From contig JALOQJ010000002.1 in assembly GCA_025453445.1 (NCBI GenBank), positions 6,249 through 70,248 on the forward strand: 64,000 nt of DNA, read 5' to 3'. This stretch comes from Candidatus Omnitrophota bacterium (GTDB lineage: Bacteria > Omnitrophota > Gorgyraeia > Gygaellales > Profunditerraquicolaceae). The notes below the pieces were generated by a model. It did not search any database, was not told where the DNA came from, and was given only the letters and a program-made list of their open reading frames with translations. The position numbers and the translations under genes are program-made. This document shows, one piece after another, positions 61,901 through 64,000 of the stretch. Position 1 is the first letter of the stretch, and each line of letters starts with the position of its first letter.

Positions 61901-64000
61901 TTCTGCGAATCCTGCGTCCCTATAAACAGCTCCTTCTGTTCCATACAACATCAAAAGCTCCAAATAAGGAAGCATCGCTATTTCAAGCATGGTTGAAGCC
62001 AAATGAGCAATTTTACCCGGTTGAGCAGGCATATTTGGTATCAAGTAGAAAATCGACTCTCCATAACCGACTCTTACCGGTTTATCATAAGAAGTTACTT
62101 TTTCATCTAACCCAACAACCACAGTTTTATCCGGCCTGACAAATTCAAAATTTCCACCGGCGTTAATCGCTACATCCACAAATACGCGGCGCTTGGGAGA
62201 TCTATCACTTATTTCTATAATTAATTCTTTATTGATGGTAACGGGCGCTTTCCTGCCGGGAAGTGATGCCGCTCCGACAACTGCGTCAGCCTTTATCAGG
62301 GCATCTTTTATCTTCCGCTGCTGGGAATCCGAGAGAACCTCTAATCTGCCGCTAGCTATTTCTTCCCTAAATATCTCCCGGATATCATCCAAGTTTTCGG
62401 ATAGATCAGTAAGCGTAACCGTAGCGCCCAAGAAAAACGCTGCTCCACAGGCAGCCAAACCAACGGTGCCTGCTCCGGTAATCAACAGGTGTTTTCCTTT
62501 AAGGTTTTCATCATCCAGAGAATAACTATAATGCATAATGTTAATGTGTAAAATCCCTTCCCTGCGCTTAACATCCCCTATAACATCACTGCCGGAAACT
62601 CTCTCTTCGTTCTCATTCAGATAAATCAACGCCTGAAAAACTGCCTCAATACCGGAAACAATATTCATTGCGTCTAAACAGACGCGGGTTTTCCCCTTGC
62701 GCACTTTTATTCGGCTGATCCAGTGAGGAATAATATTAAGCCCCCAAGAATCCATAAAATTTGGATTAAATAATAAGCAGGTATGCGCGTCTGCCTCAAT
62801 TTCCTCTAAGGCAAGGCAGCTTACTTTTGACTTGAGGATCTTTTCAGTCATCTCTTTATCAGAAGCAAAATTAAAATAACTAGCCAGGATTTTACCTGCC
62901 CCAAGATAGGCTAATTCATTATCCATAGGTGCATTGACTTTTAAAATTATAACTTCTTTGCCCTCTTCAACTGCTCCTTCTCCTATCTTATCCAACTGTT
63001 CCCTGTCTGCTGCTATTTTCGCTCCGAGCCTTTCATAATAATCATCATTTATCCCGCTTAAGGATCCGGCCTTAGACTCAACATAAATTTCCAATTTGAT
63101 ATTTTTTTCTTTAGCAAATTTCAGAAGTTTATCCACAGCAAGAGACAGCCCGACCCTTCCTTCATTAGGCCTAATTTCCCGCGGCACAAGAATTACTGTG
63201 CCGGTTTTTTTAACAGTTTCAAAAGTGGGTACGAGTAATTTACGGCTACCGGAAGAAATCAATCTTTCTAACTGGCTGGGGGTGCCGTCTTTCTTTTTTG
63301 TCACTATTGCGCCAAGTGTCCTGCATTCCTCAATTATTCTAAGAAGAGTTCGAAGGCAAGCCTCAGGCAAATCTTTCCGCGAAACATCCTGTGCAGTAAC
63401 AAAAGATTCTCGCCGCCATAAATGCGCACCATACGTCCCAGCTACTTTAAAAAGCCCCTGCAAATTTTCTCCTAGTATAGAGATAACTTCTCGGTTAAGA
63501 TGGTTGCCGGCAATACAAAAAAGAATATCCCACTGAATCTTGCCAACAGGAGCGGGTAATCTTAATACATGAAAGCCCCATCCCGTCTCATTATTAAATG
63601 GCGCTAAGGCTTCTAAAATCGGCCTTAAGAATTCCGCTTCTTCTAATGAAGGCGCTTTGCCAATTGAAAGCAAGTGCGGACGGCCGGTAGAATCAAGCCC
63701 GGTTACTACCGGGTCATCAGCTGCTATACAAATAGATATACCGGATATATTTGAAGGCCCTTCCTTTGCCACCAACTGGCCCGGAGCATCTACTTTCACT
63801 ATAGCTTTACCCGGTGGGCCTGCCGGCTTGCCCGCGCCCGCGCTGGCGGGATTTTCCCGCGCCGAGCTGTTTGAGGTTTCGGAATTAGCCGGCTCCGGTA
63901 GTAAACACTGTTGTGTATCTCCTAATAGATCTTCATCCTTTATAATATCGATATGGTCAAAATCTATCATAGAAAAACCATCAAGGTCCTTCCTGTTTAT
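46913..64000 (-). CDS. Giant modular protein, >5690 aa, 5' end outside the window
   Basis: Stop-free for 17 kb; the frame is still open at 64000 (INRKDLDGFS precedes Met 63970). Modules: AlaDH/PNT-like, radical SAM, HExxH, UPF0489-like, nucleotidyltransferase, HEAT repeats, TM hairpins. Confidence 0.85.
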   Translation of the reverse strand: MNRKDLDGFSMIDFDHIDIIKDEDLLGDTQQCLLPEPANSETSNSSARENPASAGAGKPAGPPGKAIVKVDAPGQLVAKEGPSNISGISICIAADDPVVTGLDSTGRPHLLSIGKAPSLEEAEFLRPILEALAPFNNETGWGFHVLRLPAPVGKIQWDILFCIAGNHLNREVISILGENLQGLFKVAGTYGAHLWRRESFVTAQDVSRKDLPEACLRTLLRIIEECRTLGAIVTKKKDGTPSQLERLISSGSRKLLVPTFETVKKTGTVILVPREIRPNEGRVGLSLAVDKLLKFAKEKNIKLEIYVESKAGSLSGINDDYYERLGAKIAADREQLDKIGEGAVEEGKEVIILKVNAPMDNELAYLGAGKILASYFNFASDKEMTEKILKSKVSCLALEEIEADAHTCLLFNPNFMDSWGLNIIPHWISRIKVRKGKTRVCLDAMNIVSGIEAVFQALIYLNENEERVSGSDVIGDVKRREGILHINIMHYSYSLDDENLKGKHLLITGAGTVGLAACGAAFFLGATVTLTDLSENLDDIREIFREEIASGRLEVLSDSQQRKIKDALIKADAVVGAASLPGRKAPVTINKELIIEISDRSPKRRVFVDVAINAGGNFEFVRPDKTVVVGLDEKVTSYDKPVRVGYGESIFYLIPNMPAQPGKIAHLASTMLEIAMLPYLELLMLYGTEGAVYRDAGFAEGMSVINGRFTDFQAGKELGIKAIDVYEALQSKTPRGGAGGGGSVLYNFPTGPVYKLIKGIWWMSRKIGKVWYYLPKILRQCSAFMTLKGRLVCRERKCLFSVANTSAPVHSAYAAINASAGFRPADSYFMPISKGTKISSSIITIGMTIFMNSVKILGGILRFTSLIISRGTWMVCRGDDSMRILKRISEGGFLTNPIAPTNSFVSRTKCKLFLPQLFPNFSHLRDCLFKSHPFERGWSVGSKFAQSLQMFFGFPGIFIHSFSPHNITIPPPTINVKLLSGYSRPVFDKNLRGAGGGQIGKLHQQNPKIIHIAFYATDSCEVNCPICFRRKASCSKREITFEEAKRIIDKLKEQGIRSMVITGGDALLIPDIIEIIKYIYEQRILVCLQISGDLLDENIIDKLELYLDTLSIPIEGSTEDVHVAVRGERSRAQYRNVWKLFSRLIRRKFVLAVSTVATKKNIADLPLLGRQLADAGVAEWGIRQYVTAGRVATSAIANDYFVSDQDFQEVTQSLFNLPYVGRLKIACLKSDERSTCVLVDFRGDIMIPKGNKYAVVGNIFKTSITEALSKSGIFDFTRYFERFVKDSAVGPMLKNSGGGAKKGIGEVCTMLGLICFALVIGVTILPLFASAACSGGLNLRYNVDNFGALGQVGEYIYRLAYPAILILPVTIFIWVACRVCRNSLSGNKFVPRQLNIPKDCAQKAFAQVFAFVKRYYRRAAVRMAKINVAAFLADTFKTQVGQNADGFGWPKGSEPRHQLTSTSCSPTNSKDGILGFSTSKQSWIASLIRSSKVGIFLAWLWHPFRLGTVPTSIPSSSLSIITIYCFLCIYFLPSFKNILCLPLSQVEIGIIILLLVGYYLNHFNPVQFAYACVFRQPRSILLQPIGVGKNDSDVNLGSLMQPIDDGGAGGGGDQGAEGISRGYGREELNWTIEGLLKTGRFVEASSDPELANIFSMVEQYVRKHHYSNPEYAKKEIESMHRTRYRFYYPSGREPDARDMYLAYEGPNKFIVAAALPAQGEALLPAHLFKLLYRASFLPLYRASFLNTEHLYDIGELMWQIINHEAHHIYPNDVFLCDHNFSVKEILTCAGWSSLGLVLLEDAVGRADSLEKLTRDLLQVVPSHLTTVEVDNIIGRAVQNGKIGVVNYAQQYPALVELVGFPESSYPWGVLRPAFLSRLSLSGMEERARKILSEAKIASLLADVHRADLDDRDLRLALLLSDDVLVGIKGLIIKEKGRDLLMHHCIASPVAALLAGRKSREAMLSFLEGINPVEALEAGKYLYESETTAFNMFWYYLPLIHARLQAMGYAREEAGKKLRILQRDFLREGLAVPPRFYWPRDWLEEQMPNIEKCMKVDSIDNRQIMSMTRMITRPDEVLRNAAAQKLIAELAPEVERNDAILEIIRRMSSERAIVFLRHLDTAMAVVVKGYAAPFLPASIIREALFAVMDATETKRFEESVYLVEDPKGSRRYYVELDDRKEEGDFAPWKGCTLYGVGYSDDSLIGSRANGAGGGGKIGPGVRYNDSSLFSAKGDLLRSFDPMELAFPFGRSGFMGWRFYKSNLGPRGSGSRLKVFKQAIMKIIEIKNIPEQVPVAWKCGLPQKLKNLVMNEVRQNTEQPFDLANRLQAYNQIRKYFQDKEPAALEYILLRIDLLQAFDAYQSYCNNCISVMENRLFETYFNKKIEGQLLSYEAQKVIREYIYLHDLENKLLSLECSLQDIFSGYRKGKSQRKQLIALKAESEELVRLLTGQPELMAIFSSKENIETFYAKPKVETKGEGSIAKLNTIRNQVPKSFFTNSVMNDFVILSKKLLVIRDSFEYFSFRRRTDEDIREVAQAGNAGGKEKGLGEVCTMLGVACLGASIGATILPSIASAVCSGGLNLRYDVDNFGAFLGQVRECIFSLAPPGQEMQTAAFSSYLLPILALFSLVGVATFLWRAKNRTVPIIIQSSPNNLGTQGTYTPAFHDRINKFIADQIGLKNTIKITDLHLVFLPKGTPESILLKLAAIENLMTRTYPPFMERHNLVLLEGDEMHPYYIIKDGDEYVLAHAGTAGRLEENIYMTRQLFEVLSVETLAVILEEEGYHAGDRNTARHHDEIPVSEKYHPEWHRQILQIVEQEIKNSSRFHSPEAVRREKHLLKEGKKHYLERITSINEDQRWTSNKGEQEKRMQELLNEILCHKNDQDAAIKQMVSVFNETGLSKEVLVKKLQYAITIKNDNDRRWYRQYLLEKWQRLLVWKKKYAVMRCQKAAEIKIEGDTVKLIAAQQDGRFDYPGGGLFQITVSGAQNVPLYVAEDHQLLLPVVKILQRQNKLGNRLIVLNNDFHDDTGATVMPDYKTGIPLRPSLETVMRYAEKTMHEGGIFTALVRENDLSELFWIPSLRSLFGRFVYFNKSSPVLKVAYEEHVSTHRGPRGPGVGIPFDAKTAKGYYLVSYDSPVKRIRKTANMTFNIVPENGLNALIWPQDNGQYVLSLDLDAFNEMPAYRFEEEIQNFMQILQGLSFRFSAVFICRSSSYMVYQQSKVFANEILNCMVAMLNKYDILQKSTGTKNKRGGAGGGAKKGIGEVCTMLGLICFALVIGATILPSFASAACSGGLNLRYDVDNSGALAQIKECIFSFAPPEVIVIILLVIAILYFLDAKNKLSAVSCDMPGYNPNEYPQSSIRAFNIKHHSSGALENKQPYPSGKIERHFQKIRVGNKLRLCQDKIASIYKAEKERRVSFRWVVYLVSIATLSCPGILFYFVLDDRKAASGLGVASTLVLFWAVAAIYYIINVLKFKRSYKEQKIGLGKIRQDYEAIEDCSHFFQKREIRPYVNKTLDVAIVPYRLISRIIVEEGPVEKQLSGENRHFEFWFHSCAGKQEVDVEILDFDGHEEKLFVRDILKGEDGVSFNPVEARGYTEETIQESAPFIIKFVGGCISIENHAVYSLTLEYLVSGGGAGGNRDRINQDMHYKDIPSLGGFDGITWPELMGREFPLGGNILDFRLAHHRNMGALGKKRGRGETAGSPAHAQDGVRAAGGGGVTSSARHKDSLPINLKIPVDTDVSILAQGKKKIENVTHKCIIVNGPLTWAFVDAQLQQLPKDIELTVWSVDELKWLRYFDRSHYREAEEILGSGTTTGLMGAEVAGIPLVDFELLDLQNGINRIIGPLDDEIIHEKEINKARAQEKYEKYLKIRNLLITEGKIEKDELLDISSFSPREALMEIKLKLIDYLKALFPGSARVAALARRAELSTEEQKKFGYTQSIIDLFGATNLQAIIAYGSAVYAGENDTFNDYDTYVVVEDMRKAYGSLTLWRVPLEYKGLPIHIHLVPVDIAPEYIKGSLSAYMKPHDTKVLFGQVVIPKITEDEIAVLSWMRVYQKIAAVRKSAFHSDAEHIIQVCDKATRGPNIYNAYAETPYHYLLRAYLWRFQSLSERPKFKKELREIMQKLGLSVYTYRRDAEYIRDSILETAIETSKLFAAIMAEGLFPRGGGAGGKGFQKGNPHYVDMRWPDKNPIQPRGMGDVYPSQKLLDLFGGRRLFQHIPEDREMRQGGKIETSPILPKGIIRDGFIIPGVEVISDDESFRDIMEIASKYTPDAFWAKGVYLNRHCVENSNKPKIREFYLRVFEYFDGKFNKHLERVVVVPKETTEPNIRHELLHDYIELASQDHEDLFRQLVDQTQALNNKNQKFSLAYFSVTFGSSVVDTPQNALKEFISKFFSGELAFEIIGTESLEITNAINGYKYLLRNMPSQLKKLFYEIGLVWPKTKSNAKSLVMPEVSQNNNIDGGAGGGASSSSAEKLELALHKCADFQKAISDVMPVFISGVPDEVAKLYIEKIKEGYDAQETLVINFADLIKQRPYYFSELLTEKYKQIFVFGYYPFIKDSYTQEKALGALGLLRGTYQTSGARGDKSFIMVFASEEYDLAQFTSKQRTEISFPLGNFPTFFHYCDNKITKYDPRSESFEPLQFTQQNPGAGPDRGGGKKGISEVCTMLGVACFGLVIGATLLPSFASAACSGGLNLRYNVDNFGALGQVGECIFSLAPPIILIIFSICPWLFSGISQVWPALQLVANKVIKLFRFTQKGVIIALIIGFISTTGGCMHDIDYENLPIAKAKNSKTQTYSNEYIRFIGFSLEDALESRRLAEVNISKGNYMAAFSKYCLIYQYYPEIFPSSNAFDERAKQGLVDYQTSLGFNTYNPVFLDPQGSFYEKIGITKDDLIQGYLRALKNDDFKISFYAAMNLGLAGNPAGRDILITGLRGQYKISNPGFLSFALSQEEIVKQKVQYKLPIYANNYSRDSKDKIQKYVSIYAALALAELGEPECIDQLITILSDAKNYNSEMRVYVASRLGQFSEVKVTDALMKSAYDSDEKLSCVSIWALGNMDDSRTFELFVSFLNSKNQNIVNEAITALGKLGDVRAVSHLKDVLQQPGIEKETKTRIAVALAQIGGKEVLDVLVGMAKDPDVEVRSVVIYGLADFNEPQAKEIIIGALDDPEPAVRQAALLPVPGWFKENPVVFDKAFQKLSDPSPDVSSTAAGILSGHIGDYPRLEEPISRMLKERELNTQLGILSGLSQSSCPKAIEMGRPFLSSSAPELQIAAMRVTNSRVGIDPAISDSFLRLARQGPTPMVQATATIYLDKIKSPEIINIVENNFRSNNSLLRQSAIDVAGKIDSPKMMPILSAGLHDNFVGIRQSSALSLGGRLPGNPDLTKTFAQSLKQEQDPFTKHVFASALRNLPDRAGFIGEDLIQNSLIPNTRISGWSMKELSRPNMGVEIGYSPIIAGQDHTFISVTYNNFTKTIDFNPKDKNISKLIATEGIYNSVDKKILDGLVIYRTLTVDPIATKQVFDNIANYRGKIESYNMFNIPGLGKNCYSGRNSFLKDIGINTPITDLPWQPLVPNMAFSRSMSGAISDPYFNYSFKMQQKISYPDLSTRTRETQIWTHYETHPFSQPMYISMPRVDFQQLRFQQPVFQTPNFYSPPMKFDLPKFQPMTMPKYQPMPQIQLPKYQPPPNFGR
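49832..50020. repeat. Long internal repeat, copy 1 (TTATCCACA 49884, palindrome 49895-49920)
   Basis: Encodes KKGISEVCTMLG...ASAACSGGLNLRYNVDNFGALGQVGECIFSLAPP. Confidence 0.9.
54044..54247. repeat. Long internal repeat, copy 2 (TTATCCACA 54096, palindrome 54107-54132)
   Basis: Near-identical to copy 4 over most of its length. Confidence 0.9.
56185..56389. repeat. Long internal repeat, copy 3 (TTATCCACA 56241, palindrome 56252-56277)
   Basis: Same sequence family as copies 1, 2 and 4. Confidence 0.9.
59366..59408 (+). promoter_or_regulatory. Sigma70 promoter and RBS of nested hicBA
   Basis: TTGACT (59366)-17 bp-TATTCT (59389); AAGGGAGG 6 nt before ATG 59415. Confidence 0.75.
59415..59630 (+). 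CDS. hicB: HicB-family antitoxin, nested antisense in the giant ORF
   Basis: YMVIIERDEDGMLVGTVPSLKGCHSQAKNMPTLLERIKEAIQLCLE, the HicB-like signature. Confidence 0.9.
   Translation: MHKKQYMVIIERDEDGMLVGTVPSLKGCHSQAKNMPTLLERIKEAIQLCLEVENPKIPSLEFVGLQEVEVN
59627..59854 (+). CDS. hicA: HicA-family mRNA interferase toxin, nested antisense in the giant ORF
   Basis: LGFERIRQKGSHIYFRHPDGRSTVVPFHKGEDLSKGLLSAILRD; overlaps the hicB stop (TTGATG). Confidence 0.92.
   Translation: MMSRLTPLRPTEAIRILTHLGFERIRQKGSHIYFRHPDGRSTVVPFHKGEDLSKGLLSAILRDIELPWDEFIAAK
59920..60114. repeat. Long internal repeat, copy 4 (TTATCCACA 59967, palindrome 59978-60003)
   Basis: Encodes AKKGIGEVCTMLGLICFALVIGVTILPLFASAACSGGLNLRYNVDNFGALGQVGE. 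Confidence 0.9.
61071..61113 (+). promoter_or_regulatory. Sigma70 promoter and RBS of the nested PIN toxin-antitoxin operon
   Basis: TTGACA (61071)-17 bp-TATGGT (61094) with extended TG; GAGGTG before ATG 61121. Confidence 0.75.
61121..61285 (+). CDS. Putative antitoxin (54 aa), nested antisense in the giant ORF
   Basis: Hand translation MNKNAREAKKHLQRLRKLTANTPSPFKGMTLEEAITKMRKVREQLWEEKLAFRP; has an RBS and overlaps the PIN gene start. Confidence 0.75.
   Translation: MNKNAREAKKHLQRLRKLTANTPSPFKGMTLEEAITKMRKVREQLWEEKLAFRP
61269..61685 (+). CDS. PIN-domain (VapC-like) toxin, nested antisense in the giant ORF
   Basis: TTG start with GGAGG RBS; FVLDTNEF, INEV, KPADAFIAA and LATENRHF acidic PIN motifs. 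Confidence 0.88.
   Translation: MHFVLDTNEFVGAIGLVRNPPSEILFNILIESSPRHTIHVPRLIINEVKRNIPPNIFTEFIKIVIPIVIIDEDIFVPFEIGIKYESAGLKPADAFIAAYAEWTGAEVLATENRHFLSRQTNLPFKVMNAEHCLKILGK

Noticed and set aside
46913-64000. Giant ORF as an artefact of stop-codon reassignment
   Set aside because: The ORF is open under the standard code, and neighbouring genes end normally in TAA, TGA and TAG
46913-64000. Diversity-generating retroelement or retron explanation for the repeats
   Set aside because: No reverse transcriptase in the window, and differences between repeat copies are not confined to adenines

Overview
Bacterial chromosomal window, standard genetic code. Gene content and the giant ORF suggest Candidatus Omnitrophota (inference, not verified). 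From left to right: (1) a phosphate block (pstB'-pstA-pstC-pstS, porin, receiver protein, phoR, DUF47, PiT, phoB) with a Pho-box-like array; (2) a queG-like gene, mnmG, a REP-associated tyrosine transposase (RAYT) inside a REP hairpin, apgM, and nrdJ with tandem NrdR boxes; (3) LacI and ROK regulators; (4) a type IV pilus/T2SS block with an embedded GGDEF-AAA protein and a stand-alone MshEN protein; (5) a glycan cluster (clan GH-A hydrolases, tandem CBMs, MFS and ABC sugar transporters) and a tandem PilZ protein; (6) the 3' 17 kb of a giant ORF that is still open at the window edge. The giant ORF is the most unusual feature. It is a string of unrelated modules, mostly 0.6-2.1 kb, joined at a codon-phased 12-bp GC-only motif (GGCGCGGGCGGG, 7 exact copies). 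It also has four copies of a ~190-bp repeat carrying a perfect GTAG-type palindrome and a TTATCCACA box. Two complete toxin-antitoxin operons (hicBA and a PIN/VapBC-type pair), each with its own promoter and RBS, sit antisense inside it, and the giant frame crosses both without a stop. This resembles an integron-like cassette array fused into one reading frame. Several small palindromic elements elsewhere appear co-opted into coding sequence, signal peptides and start/stop codons.
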